A stretch of 64,000 bases of DNA from Carcharhinus amblyrhynchos (taxonomy: Eukaryota), in contig OZ336876.1 in the NCBI GenBank assembly GCA_965287045.1, positions 23,932,001 through 23,996,000 on the forward strand, in the 5' to 3' direction. Below, piece after piece: positions 24,764 through 39,409 of this stretch. Below the pieces are notes generated by a model that did no database searches, was not told where the DNA came from, and was given only the letters and a program-made list of their open reading frames with translations. Within the stretch, counting starts at the first letter, position 1. Each line of letters starts with the position of its first letter. The position numbers and the translations under genes are program-made.

Positions 24764-24974
24764 AAAAGAGAAAATGCTGGAAAATCTCAGCAGGTCTGGC
24801 AGCATCTATGAGGAGAGAAAAAGCTGATGTTCCGAGCCCAGATGACCCTTTGTCAAAACTCAAAACATCAGCTCTTTTCTCTTCTTACAGATGCTGCCAG
24901 ACCTGCTGAGAATTTCCAGCATTTTCGCTTTGGTTTCAGGTTCCAGCATTTGCAGTAATTTACTTCAATCGAAT
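24764..24974. mobile_element. Penelope-like inverted repeat with 10-bp TSD, inside a CR1 3' fragment
   Basis: Arms aaagagaaaatgctggaaaatctcagcaggtctggcagcatct / agatgctgccagacctgctgagaatttccagcattttcgcttt. TSD TCCAATATCC at 24754-24763 and 24975-24984. Confidence 0.8.
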
Positions 24975-25737
24975 TCCAATATCCTGCCCCCTCCTCCCTT
25001 CCCTTCCCTATCGGCTTTAGAGCTATAACTATAGAAATCATTAGAATGGCTTTTGGAAGACATATTTCCAGTCTATATGTAGATGATAGGAAGTCACATT
25101 GAGCTCACTGCTGTCTTTTCCTTTAGAGGAGAAATTCTCTGTTGAGTAAAAACATTTTTCAGCAATCACCGTGCTACCAGTAAATAGAATGTCTAAATCA
25201 AGTAGTCAAAATGATTCTGTGATCGCTTTCATAGCGAGAAGATACCTCTTTTGTCCAATTTTGAGCAAAACTTCCATCTTTTTTGACATCACCATGTGCT
25301 GCAGTTCCTTAAAATGTACCGAGCCCATCTGGTTTATATTGCATCGGTTGCCTGTGCTCTAAGCTGAACAAGATCACTGTTTATAACTCATCTGATAACA
25401 AAACAATTCAGACCTTCGAATGAGTATCCAACATACCATATAAACGTGTATCAACGTGTATCCTCAAAATGTCAGCCAGGTATTCAACAGATTAAATATC
25501 ACTTCATTTCGTACAGCAGGATTTTCCAGCTCTTCCTGTTGGTGGGATGCGTGAGCCACGCATGAAGTAGCAGACATTGGCGGGACTGGAAAATCCCAGT
25601 GTTTTGTTAACTTCAATTAACTTTGGTGTATTTACTTCCAAAATAACATCAACACTTACTTAAACTTGAACAGTTTGATGTTCAGCAAATGTTTCTTGGA
25701 GGTCAATGTGAGGTCAAGGGATCCTTGGAATTGCTCA

Positions 25738-26076
<339 letters not shown>

Positions 26077-26637
26077 TCAGATCAACACATCCAACAATCA
26101 CATTACACATTTTTCCAGTTATTTGTTGGTTATGGATAGATCCAAAAAAAATTCTTCAAGCCAATGAATGGAAATGGACATGTATGAACAATCAAGATAG
26201 TTAATCCTCATCCTTTCTTCTCTCCAACACTACATTCATTTGAGGAATGATGATTTATGTCAACTGACAATTTGGAAACTTCACTTTGCTAAATGTGAAA
26301 ATACTCTGTCAATGCAGCTTCACATAAAAGTTTCTAATTCACCCACAACCCAATTAGCTTTAGATATTTTGCGAACGATTGCATGAGCATTTTGAGCAGC
26401 ATCCGATTTTCTAATTAAATCCATTAAACGTCATATTATTTCAGAGTATTTTGTTCACCTCAATTAATCCAATCATTGAAGGCAATCATTTCTCTTTCAC
26501 TTTTTTTTTCTTTTCACATAAACATGATTAGCATGATGATATTGAAAGTATTTCACATTCTAAGGTTAAAACTATAAATTAATAAGACAGCGGAAGAACC
26601 AACAATCAGCTGATTTAAATAGAAAATTTCCAGGTTA

Positions 26638-26952
<315 letters not shown>

Positions 26953-26989
26953 CTAAATAGAGATTTAACCGACACCGATAGTAGTCAAT

Positions 26990-27275
26990 GGGCGAAATCT
27001 TATCAAAAAATGGTAGAGAAAAAAAGTGTGTTTCTCTCCAGATCTTACCCCACAAAAACCTGGGTGGGCATGTTTCGCACCATCCTGTAGAGGATGGGAC
27101 AAAACTCTGCTGTATTGAGATCCCCAGTTTAAAGGGCACCAGTTTAAAGAGTAGCCTCCCAGTCACCCCACAACAGAAGTCTCAGGAGTTCTCCTGTGAG
27201 ATTTCTGGGTTTCACCAGATCTTGAGTGACTGCCACTATTCCTGCTGACGCAAGTACAAATTCAAGATTCCCCCC
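26990..27275. mobile_element. Short Harbinger-like MITE
   Basis: Ends gggcgaaatctt / aagattcccccc are imperfect reverse complements. Confidence 0.5.
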
Positions 27276-27276
27276 A

Positions 27277-27530
27277 TAGAGTTTCACAACACAGAAAGAG
27301 GCCCTTCAGCCCATCGTGACTGTGCCAGGCATCAAGTACCAATCTTTTCTCACCCCAATTCCCAGCACTTGAACTGTAGCCTTATATGCAGCGGCATTTC
27401 AAGTGTTCATCTAAATGCCTCTTAAATGCTGTGATGGTTCCCACCTCTCCCATCCCTCAGGCAGAGAATTATTGATCCCTCTATTAATGGGAAAGGTTTC
27501 TTACTATCTACCCTTTCAATGTCCCTCAAC
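27277..27530 (-). mobile_element. CR1 3' fragment
   Basis: catagagtttcacaacacagaaagaggcccttcagcccatc...tcatctaaatgcctcttaaatg...ctatctaccctttc. Confidence 0.7.
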
Positions 27531-27935
27531 ACTGGCAGATAAAGACCAATTCTAATTTGCTCAGGCAATTAAAGTAATTTTCAATTTACGAGGAAAGTTC
27601 ATGCTTTTTTGTGTAATATTTTAGTCACCAGTTAGTACATTTATGCAAACTCACATTAATTTTCAGGATGAGGACATTTTTGTCAAGGGCAGTATTTATT
27701 GCTCATCCCTGGTTACCCAGAGAAGGTGGTAGTGGGCTTTCCTCTTAAACCATAAGGTGACAGATTGTTCCACAGAAGTGACTGGCTGAGCCATTTCAGA
27801 AGTTATTCTCAACTGTTGTATGTGGGGCAGAATCACACACAAAACCAAACTGAGTCAAAGTGGTACATTATCGCCAAGGGGTTATTTGAATAATGGGTTA
27901 AGCTTTTGAAGCAGCTTTTACAATTACAGTTTTTA

Positions 27936-28181
<246 letters not shown>

Positions 28182-29269
28182 CTAAGCACTTGGCAGAAAA
28201 TAAGTAGTAGTAGTTTCTGAATTTAGTCTGAAAAATACAGAGGATATTTGTATTCCAGCAGAAAAATACAGAGAAATACAGAGGGCTTTACACATAGAAA
28301 TATTAAGAAATGAATATATTGCTATGCAATTTCATAAAAATGTATGAAGAACAGAAAAAGACAATTTAAAATGTTCCCAATGAATTGAAATCTGATGCTC
28401 GGACGAATTCATTTTAAGATGGACTTTTCTTTACCACAACTGCATTTCATCGTATCAGAGATATTACTGACTGACACTTTGACTAAACGAAGTTAGCAGC
28501 ACATTGCTATTTTATTGAACAGCTCACCTTGGAAATTGTGACCAAAATAATAATTCAAACTAATTTCAATATTAGTTAATCTGTATTATAACTCTGTATT
28601 TTAAATTGGCATTAGCAAAGTTAGCACAATGCCAAGTCTTTCTCCTGGATCTGAACTAGAATGAATAGTTTTCAAACTTTCCGTCAAGAGGCACAGTTAA
28701 TATGCAGGTAGTTTATAAGTGCTTTAAATTTTCAGAAATTGGTTTCTTCTGGCCTATTAAGATCCAATGGAAATTGAAGATTACTGTTAAGATTTTCATG
28801 TAAGCAGTCAGTTAAACTGTAGTAATTGTATTGAATTCCATCGTAGTTGATTATTGTCATATTGGCTTTTTTTAACTAGTAAATTTCATTGCATTGCTTT
28901 ATTTAATTCTTAAAACTATATTGCTGAATACCTATGTTATTTAAACAGCTTCAGAGACCCCAGCCTATTTCAAGTTAACACTTCTACCGTTTCAAACAGT
29001 TGAGAAGGGTCGATTTAACATTATGGGGTAAATTTAGCTGAACAGTGCTCCCAACAGGGAACAATGCTTGAAGGGAACACGAATTGCAGAGAATGTTGGA
29101 AAATCAATCTCCGATCTGCGCTCACTTTCAGCATGGTTCCCTTCTCAGAACAATTTATCACAAAAATTTATTCTTCTTAGAAATACATGCATCACTTTTT
29201 TTTAAAACGGCACTGACAGCAGAACATTTACGGATCATATCATAGCAGAGGCTAAGGCAACACCTCATT

Positions 29270-29403
29270 GATCAGGGTTTTACGGCCGCACCACAGTCCA
29301 TCTCTCCACCCCCGGCAGATTCAGGAGGTCATTGAAATTACTGCTTACATCGGCAGGATCATAACTTCATGCTGAGCAGAACGGGGGACGTAAAATCCTG
29401 GCC
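29270..29403. mobile_element. Mini-MITE with 15-bp TIRs
   Basis: gatcagggttttacg ... cgtaaaatcctggcc (12/15 reverse-complement match). Confidence 0.6.
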
Positions 29404-29639
29404 ATGGTTAAGAATCAGATGTAGGAATAGCCGTGCCATGAGAAAATGATGGCATTAATTTTCCTTTTCAGTGCATGGACATACATAATTACATGGGTCC
29501 AATTAACAGACTAACACAAGGTATGGAAAGTTCATGTACAACCCTTCAAATCTGATTCCTGCACATGTGCACCGCACAGGTACAAGGAAAATAATCAACA
29601 CCAAAGTCTTACTCATCTTTATGACACCTAGCGTCAAAA

Positions 29640-30450
29640 GAAATTGATAAATTTGGGGGATGAGCATGCAACTGGTAAAACAATTTCAATACAGATGTGT
29701 GACATGGTATGAAGACTGAGGAGGTTACACACGGCTTAGAAAATAACAGTCGGAATGACAGAGAAAAAAAATGAGATCGAGGCATACAGAACCCAAAACG
29801 TTTGAAGTAGCAGCACGGTTTATCAAGGCCATAAAAAGCAATCTTAGTACTGGGTTTCCGTTTTAGAGAGATATAACCGCAAACATGGAAACTATGACAA
29901 ACCTATTTAACTATGGCGAGACCACAGTTGGAAGTCTGTGCATAGTTCTGGTCTTCAGATTATAAAAATGATATAGAGGTACTGAAGAAGGTGCATAAAA
30001 GATTTACTAGACTTATGGCAGAACTGAAAGGTTAGTCAGGAAAGATTGAGCAGTCAGTGGCACTTGCTTCTGGAAAGTCTGAGGGGGCGACATGGGAGGG
30101 TTCTTTATATTCATAAAGGGTTTAAGATATATTTGTGAAGGGATGTTCCATCTGTAGGAGACACAAAACTGGAGGCTGTAAACATAAGTTTATCACTAAT
30201 AAATCCATTTGGGAATTCAGAAGGAATCTCTGTCCAAGAAACTGATTAAAATGTAAACTCGATGTCACATGGAACAATGAAGAAAAATAACACAGAAACA
30301 TACAAGGGAAAGCTAGCTAAACATCAGGGTGAAAAGAATAGAAGGTATGCTGATGGGGTGAGACAAAGAGACTGGAGAAGCCTACTGTAGAGCATGTGTG
30401 CTGGAGTGGGCAAGTTGGAGGGAATGGCCTGTGTCCTGGCTTCCATTTAT
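29640..30450 (+). mobile_element. Degenerate CR1 ORF2 3' region
   Basis: Remnants aatttcaatacagatgtgtg (FN..KC), agaccacagttggaagtctgtgcatagttctggtc (RP.LE.C..FWS) and aaaagatttactagactta. Confidence 0.7.
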
Positions 30451-32829
30451 AGCTTCTGCTAGATTCAATATCATCATAAGCCAATCAACATTAGCTAAGG
30501 CCGATCTTCAAGATGATGTAATAGCGGTGAAAACGAATTTCCGTCCAAAACGGAATGAGTTAGCTAAGGGCAGTCAGCATGAATTTGGAAAGGATATGGG
30601 CTCTCAACCAAGCATACAAAATGAGGTTTGGCTGAAAACCAGATAGCTATTACGCTTGTTTATCAGTCGCACCCCAGAAAAAAAAATTGTATGATTGACA
30701 GCTCAGGTTCTTTGCTGTCAGTTTCATCATGTTTATTTGCACAGCATTATGGGGTTTCAAGGATAGGAGGCAAAGAGGATATAGAAGGTAAATCAACTGG
30801 AAGTCCTTGACTTCAGGGCCATGATGGCTGGTGGAAAGGTAGAGATTGGCATAGGGGACTTGAGGAGTCATACGGGGTGGGTGAAAGTGAAGAGCTTGGC
30901 ATAGGGGCAGAAGAAAGACCGTTTAACTTAACTTTAAAAAGGTTCCCTCTTGCAGACTTAAGTCCACGATTCCTCTGAATGACCCTAAAATGTGACTTTC
31001 AAACCTGGCCCGAATCTATGAATATTGCGGATGTTAGAACATGCCTATCTTTGCAATGGAAACACGTCAGGACTCAAAATGCAGGCTTTTGGCATAAACC
31101 AGCGAGAACCCTTTAAAAAGCATTCCCAAACACATGACAGCTTAGGGATGGGGTCAGCAACCCACCCATCATTTTTAAAGGATTCCCGAGTCATCCTAAC
31201 TCAGTGAAATTGTCCCCTATTTTTAGATTCCTCTACAAGAGGAAACATCCTCTCAACTTTTACCCTGGTCAGGAATCTTTCAATAATTTTTAATGTTTCA
31301 CCAATTTACACTTCTTCCCCTTCACTGAAAGTATTCACTCCTCCTTAGCATGCAACTCCATAGGGGCCGACTGCCTTCCAGTCTTGACCTAAATGATTAT
31401 TCTTCCATCTTGAGCTTAGATATTGCGATGGGAGGAGTGATTTTCCATTCCCATTCACAGGGGCGGGATCAGCAGCAGGATGGATGATCGCGCACAAGTC
31501 CCAAAAAACCCTTTACGCTGATGAAATTTTCCTTTGCAATTATCCCTGCACCCCACCCCCCCAAGACATAACAGGTATCCTGACATTGAGCATCGGGATC
31601 CCCACTTGTATATGTTTAAATATCATCATCAAACCGTCAAACCTGATAGTACCTCTACATTTGATTGCCTATTAAATTGTCCCCCTGTTGACGTGAATCA
31701 CGACAAGCCCCCATGATGTGCACCTGGGAAGCAGAACACCCCAGAAGTGCATAGTTGAGTACAACCCCTTGAGGGAGGGAAAAAGGTCATATTTGGGCAG
31801 TAAACTGGCACTAGTCCCTGGTGCTGCTGGAACAGTGCCATGGGAAAGTGTCCAGGCACTGGCAGGCGACGAGTTGTTCCATGTCTGTGGGGTGAGCTCT
31901 GGCGGGGAAGAGAATTCCATGGCGGGGTTGCATTGGGGTGGGTGTTTTGAGAAGAGGGATTTTAATTTTATTTTTCAAGATCAGGGTGCCCTCTGTTGCT
32001 GGTGGGGCAAGCTCAGTCACAGTCAACATGATATTGTGGGGCCTACACCTTGCCAATTTCTCAATGTGTGCCTAATAATATGGTGGAGGAGGCCATTCCT
32101 TGGGCCAGCGGCTTCCACCCTGTTTTTACTCCCTACAGTGCCACTCCACAAAAAAATGGGATATTTCTGCTCAGTGATGCTTTTAGCCATTCAACTACAA
32201 CGGGTGCTGAATTATTAATAAGAAGGTCCCAGATCCCATTATGGCAAGTGGCAAATTGACTTTGAGATGGCACAACAAAGCCTGTCAATGCTACCAATTC
32301 TGGTTAAGAAAAAAGGGTTCCCAAAATGCTTCAATAAAAGAACCTTGCCCTTTCCCCTTACCCGATCTGATCTACTTGTGACCTCACTCCCACAATGTAC
32401 AACATAATCATAACACCACCTTAACAATGTTGCCCACCTTACAAAGTGTGAAGAGATACAAGAGTGAAAACTCAACCTGACTTTCCCCTCGTCATATATG
32501 AACTTCTGAGGCTAACACAGTGGTTTCAGCAGGGATCCACTAACTCAGTACAGACTGGCATTCTTCTGACCGGTTATTCACTTTCTTAACATGTTTAAAT
32601 GACACTGGGCCTTCTTAATGCAGTGAACTGGACACTGCGGTGAGCAAAAAGCTGTGAAAATTCAAAACCAAATTTGTTAAGCTCCATGTGACTGTTTTTC
32701 ACTGTTTCCCACATTAATTTGAATATTAGAGTCCCTTGATAGCTTTCTGGTACTGTTAAACAGACCGGGAAACCGCCCTCCCCCCTCTCCACCCGTTGCA
32801 TGCTTCCCCATCGCCGGGGGAATGTAGTT

Positions 32830-34043
32830 AGATTCAGCATAGGATATCATGGACACAACCCTGAGGAAGTGCTGAGAGAAACATGTTTTAGTGAGGAGCT
32901 GAAGGAAATCAGCATTAGTGGAGAAATGGTTTTGAGGAAATTGGTGAGGTTGAAGGTGGATAAATCTCTAGGTTCTGCTAATGTTAACCCCAAAGTACTT
33001 TAGGAAGTGGCTCTCAAAATAGTAGATCCATTGATCGTAATTTTCAAAAATTCTTTGGACTTTGGAAGAGTTCCTACAGATTACAGGGTAGCTAATGTAA
33101 GCCTACTATTCAAAAAGGGAGGTAGAGAGAAAACAGGGAACTATAGACTAGTGAGCCTAACGTTGGTACTGGGGAAGTTGAAGAGAGTCTATCATCAAGG
33201 ATTTCAGAGCTTGGCATGAGGGAGGCAATGGTATAATCAACATGGATTTACAAAAGGGAAATCATGCTTGATGAGGAGGCTTTGGAGAGGGTACAGGAAC
33301 GATTTACCAGGACGTTGCCAGGTTTGGAGGGCATTAGCTATGAGGAGGGGTTGGAAAAACTTAGTTTGTTCTCACTGGAGTGATGGAGGTTGAGGGGAGA
33401 CCTGATGTAAGTCTACAAGATTATAAGAGGCATGGACAGAGTGGATGGTCAGAAGCGTTTTCCCAGGATGGAAGAGTCAATTACTAGGGGGCATAGGTTT
33501 AAGGTGCAAGGGGCAAGTTTTAAAAGAAACGGACGAGACAGATTTTTTACACGGAGGGTGGTGGGTGCCTGGAATTGTTGCTGGGAGAGGTAGTTGAAGT
33601 GGATACGGTAGTGACTTTTAAGGTGCAAGTACATGAATGAGATGGGAAAGAGGGATATGGTCCCCGGAAGTGTAGGTGGTTTTAGTTAAGTCAGGCAGCA
33701 AGGTCGGTGCAGGCTTAAAGGGCCTGTCCCTGTGTTGTAATTTTCTTTGTTCTTTGATAAGGGGTAAACCTTTCAGAACTAAGATGAGGAGAAATTTCTT
33801 CACCCAGATGGTGGTGAATGTGCAGAATTCACTACCACAGAATATAGTTGAGGCCAAAACATTGTGTGATTTCAAGAAGAAATTAGATATAGCTCTTCGG
33901 GCTAAAGGGATCAAGGAATATGGGGGGCCGGGGAAGGGATCAGGATATTCAATTTGATGATCAACGATGATGAAAACGAATGGTGGAGCAGACCCAAAAG
34001 GCCAAGTGGACCACTCCTGCTTCTAGTTTCTATGTTTTTATGA
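32830..34043 (+). mobile_element. CR1 LINE fragment lacking most of RT, split by a younger CR1
   Basis: LKVDKS.G...VPTDYRVANVSLLFKKGGREKTGNYRLVSLT...HGFTKGKSCL to 33270, then IRGKPFRTKMRRNFF...KGIKEYG plus 3' UTR from 33756. Confidence 0.85.
33270..33755 (+). mobile_element. Younger 5'-truncated CR1 (same family as 49951-50458)
   Basis: gaggctttggagagggtacag...ttttctttgttcttt, nearly collinear with the 49951 copy. Confidence 0.9.
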
Positions 34044-34479
34044 AAAGCCCAGCTTGGGTATTGAAGGTGCACCATGTTCATCACAGATGTTCAGACCATT
34101 TGTAAAATAAAAACATTATAACTACCAAGTCACAACAGCTGCTCTGACTTCAAACAAAGCAGGAAGAGCAGATGGTTACATCAATGATATAATCCATTTT
34201 GTATTACATAAGCATTTAGTCCAAAAACATTTTGGCTTTTTTGAATGAAATGAGTTATGCAAATACATTCAGTTTCTCTCAGTATAAATACTTGAGTTTT
34301 TTTTGGCTGCAATGATTGTGTTTTTATGATCTTGATCAACCGACGTGGACATCATAATTTAATGATGAATCTTCAACACTGAGACATCAACTGGGCTGTG
34401 TGCTGAGAAATTTTGTTCTCAGGGTGAAGAAGATATGGATTAGATTGGGCAGAACCAAAGAAGATCAAATCTTCCACTC

Positions 34480-34930
34480 TCTTGTTCATCCAAAATTCTG
34501 CTTTCTGTCCCCTAACTTGCAACAATTCCTGTTCTCTTTTCCTGTTCTCACTGATTTACATTGGCTCCCAGTGTGACAAGGCCTCAGTTTTAAAACTGCC
34601 ATCCTTGTTTTCAGATTCCTTCATGGAATATCGTCCAGTCCAACAACCCTCCGAGATGTCTGCTCTTCTCCAATTCTGGTCTCTTGCACAGCCACAATTT
34701 TAATTGCTCTATAAATGATCACCGTGTTTTAATTTGCCTCGGCACTGCATTCCAGGATTCCGTCTCTAGACTTCTCAGCCCCTGTCCCTCCCTCTCTTCA
34801 TCCAAGGCATTCCTTCCGACCAAGCTTTTGTCATCTGTCTTAATATCTCCTTTTGTGCCTCAGTGTCAAAGTTTGTTGAACAATCCACCTGGAATGCTTT
34901 ACTGTATTACACAGGCTACATATATGCACA
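34480..34930 (+). mobile_element. L2-type LINE 3' fragment
   Basis: caaaattctgct...ctgatttacattggctccc...ccttgttttcagattccttcatgg...tgctcttctccaattctggtctcttg. Confidence 0.65.
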
Positions 34931-35833
34931 TTGCCACTGATCATGAAGCACTGTGTAGCAACTGGTTTGAAATAAAGTCACGTTAATTGAAACATAAATT
35001 AAAAATGCTAAGCAAATCAAATGAAACCGTTCCACAATTGTCTTACACACCACTGCAACACTTTAGAAATAAGTTCCTTTCTGCCGAAAGAGTTTAATTT
35101 TTAACGTAATTTGCAATCACCAATTCAGTGATAATGAGGATGCCAGTGGCAATCCATCGTTATATATCAGTGTGCTGAATAAAACATGAATGGGATTCTT
35201 GGTAACTGTTCAGTGGTCCTATTGGAAGTAAGAGTTTACGGATAGACCATGATTTCTTGGCTATGCTCAGCTATAAATTTATTCTTAGCGAATAATCAGA
35301 CTGTAGCTTGCTATTTCCTATCCAAGTCACAGATGAAGTATCATTTCTATTGATAAATATCAGAGGGCAGTTGCTGCCTGGAATCACAAACTGCCTTCAG
35401 TAGAAGTGGAACAAATAATTATTTTTTTTTAATCCAAAGATTTAAGTTGGTCATGGTTCAGCATAATAACAGTTAGCAATGTCTAATTACTTCTGAATGA
35501 GTAGAATACCACATTCAATGTCCTCACATTATACAGTCAATTTCATTCCTGACTGATAATTAATAATATATTTCAAAAAATAATGATCAGGCTCAGTTCC
35601 TAACTCCTTTTAACGCTATAAACCCTTAGCTCTAAATTCTCAGGCCTTGAAAATTACATCAGTTCATCAAAGAAAATGTAAGCATTAATTTCAAAAATAA
35701 GACGTAGATGTTCATTTTCTTTCTCAAATCCTTAGATTATCCAGTAATAAATCTGCCTGCTCTGGTTTTCATTTCTTCCCATTCCCACACTTCATTCTAC
35801 CCATATTTATTTTCAAATGTCTGTACAATATTA

Positions 35834-36241
<408 letters not shown>

Positions 36242-36294
36242 TCAAACACTAATAATAGGTATTTCATTACTTCTGAGCGTTATCCATTCAAAAC

Positions 36295-37155
36295 TCAGAG
36301 GATGGTCTTACCTTCTCATCCCGCTGACCGATGGGTGGGGTGAGCTGAAGAGACACAATAAATTGGGTTCGCGCCCGATTTCTGGCCTCTCCCAATCTTA
36401 CTGGGCACGGATAGCGAGCTTGGGATGCTAGCGTCCAGGCTCACTTGCCATAGTAGCCTTGCCGGTCACGAGCCTCACCGATGAGGATCACCTATGGTCC
36501 CCATCAAAGGGAAGTTGGCGTGATGGCCTTGTTGGTGGAACTGGAGGCCAGTTTGCCCCCCGCCCCCCTCCCAGGCAGTCAGGGCAGAGGAGGCAGTGCT
36601 CCAGGAAGTGCAAAGGGGCGAGAGCCAGAGGGGGTGGCTCCTGAGGCGAAGGGTGGATCCATGGTAGGGGCAAGGACTGAGGAAAGGTGAGGTGGAAGCT
36701 GCGCACTCTGCAATGGAGGTTGGCTGGGTGGGAGGGGCTGAAGCTGTGCACTCTGCAGCGAGGATCAGTTGGGGGGGCATTTGGGCAGTGATTGGCTCGA
36801 TGGGGGGAAAGGGGCTCAGGTGACAATCGGCTGGGCCGGGGGAGAGGGGTTTGGGCAGTGATCAGCCAGGACAGGGGGAGGGGGGTTTGGGGGTGGGTGG
36901 TCGGGGGATGCTGGTGGTGCCTGACACATCTCTGTTCTGTTGCACATGCACAATTGCACCCTTTGGTGTGAACAACAGGCTTTCTGGTGAGCTTAGGCCC
37001 CTCTGCCTCCCTCTACGGTGGGTAAAAGATTGTGCATAATTATTTCAACAAAGAGATGGAAGACTGCATTTACAAATTCGCCCGACGTACAGATCCGAGG
37101 TTCACTTGGTTTCATGCACGTTCAACAGTTAGAATTTTTTTGTAAGATCTTCTAA
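36295..37155. mobile_element. GC-rich Harbinger-like MITE about 100 bp upstream of the Sushi5 exon acceptor
   Basis: Ends gaggatggtcttacc / tgtaagatcttct and a G-rich, CpG-richer interior similar to 56205-56998. Confidence 0.5.
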
Positions 37156-38189
37156 GTTGCTTCAGGAGGGAACAAGCTCAGAAGTATTAATGGATGAGTG
37201 TTGGAATATGCTTTTGCATTAGGAAAAATTTTATCTGTCAATTTTATTGCACTGGGTTTGGTTTTGTATGTTGTGCACAATGCAATGTCATGTGGGTGTG
37301 AAAGTATCTGAATAATATTGAGGCAACTAGAGACACTTCATCACAATGGGATAATTTTCACACAATCCACATATATGGGGGCAACATGGAGATGGACAGT
37401 CGTAAAAATTCATTGCGCCCACCAGTGTGTTGGTTTGCCACAATCAGGATGGGCTTCACCAGGGCTCTCCAGCATCAATTGACAAGTTGCTAACTAAGCT
37501 ATTCAGGCCTAACCTCAGAGGCCAACTAGAAGCTCTCGTTGGCAGACTTTGAGGCCTTCTTTGTTTGTCAGGGCAAAGTTTCAGGCTTTCTATGTTGGTC
37601 CACCTGCTGATTTCATTTTATTTAAAAGTTTAAGAAATTAGACATCGAGTGCCTGAAAAAGAAGAAAATTTCTCTTTCCCTTACACCTAAATGGCAGGTT
37701 TCATCAGGTTCCTAGCTGGAGGACCTCTTCGTGGCCCTCTAGATTTGTGAGTTTACCTGCTGTCCTTTGGATATCAAGGCCACTAATTAGCCCATTCGGG
37801 GCATACAGTGACGCCCATTTGACCCCAACCAAAGCACAGGTGTACCAGCTATTTCAGTGCGACTATAGGTAAGGCAACAAAATGCAGAAAATCAAAACCC
37901 TTTGTTGTGCTAACTGTCATGTTATATTCTATGCTTAACACTGCACATCGAAGTAGAAAACATACACACATTTGAAGTGAGCGCCATGGGAACATGCAGT
38001 GCCTTAATGTTGTTATAGTTTGATCAAATATGCTACACTGATACTGGGACTGCTTTTAACTCTGGTGCTGATGCATGGATGCCAAGGCCTTCTGCAATAA
38101 CTTTGAGAACATCTAGAAATTGATATGGTGCAGTATCTCAAATCTGTCTGTCCAAAAGCTGGAGTTGAAAGAAAACTGGGTACTCATAG

Positions 38190-38352
38190 AAGTTTATTTC
38201 TGTCACACGTAGGCTTATCTTAACACTGCAATGAAGTTACTCTGAAAATCGCCACACTTCGACACCTAAGGGAGAATTTAGCATGACCGACACACCTAAC
38301 CAGCACGTCTTTTGTCTGAGGGGGAAGCTGGAGCACCCAAAGGAAACCCAGT
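38190..38352 (-). mobile_element. 5'-truncated HE1-related SINE, alternative-tail variant
   Basis: tttatttctgtcacacgtaggcttatcttaacactgcaatgaagttac...ggagaatttagcatg...ggagcacccaaaggaaaccca. Matches 62957-63221. Confidence 0.75.
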
Positions 38353-39409
38353 GTGGTGTGACATCTAACTAGTTATCCCCTTCATCATTGCACACTTCTA
38401 TTCCCATGCTCTGAGCAACCTTTGACCCCACCTGAGCTGGCTTAATCTGAACAACCGAACTTGAATTCCAGCAATATTTGAAATCCTGCACAACATTGGT
38501 TCCAAAGTTGCAGGTTTTGATACACTGTGTATAGCAGACTAAGGAAGCAAAACACACTGAAAATAACTGACCCCACCTCTTCCCTAAAAGTATATATTGA
38601 TTACATGAAAGAATGATCTTCGATTTCATTTATTTTTATTGAAACATGAAAATGTTGGCATTTGGAAATTAATACCGAGTTAAATTTTGATTACGATTAA
38701 TATATTGCAAGTGTTAATGAACAAAATGGATAATCCAGGTCATTGACAATGCTCCTGAATGCAGTGTACCATTGATACCCCAGACAATCGAACACTAAAT
38801 GTGAAACACTTCAAAACATGGCTTACTAAATCAACCTCATCACTGATTTTGCAGGTTTGCCAAGCTTACACTCTATTCTTTACCCCGACCCAATCCCATT
38901 CTGCTGTGCTCTGTTCCTGGCAACATCATGTTCCACCATTGGCCCGAATCATTCTGATTCCCAGGATGTCCTTGTCTGTATTTCTCAGCCATCTGCCTCT
39001 TCAATTTCCCTCACTGTTTGTAACCTGTGATTGTCTCGACTTCAATCTAAAATCTGGCAATGACAGGCAGAATTATTTAAAATTATATTGAAATTACAAT
39101 TCAGTTATGGGTGGCTTTGCTCAACCCGTCCATGTTGCTAGTTATCATTCACATGAGTTCTAATTCTAATGTCATGTCCCCACTCTTATCCCTTAATTCC
39201 ACTCCTTTCCAACTGCCTACTTAATCTATTCAGAAGAATTAACATTGTCACAATCTCTCATAATAAATCCCACAGGCTCACAACCCTCTGTGTAATAAAT
39301 TTCCTCCTGACTTTTTATCCTCAACAATTTGTATTCAATCCTCTGCCTATGTCCCCTCAAACATGGGAAACAGTCAGGCCAAAATGCTCTGTTTTTGAAA
39401 CTAAGTGCC

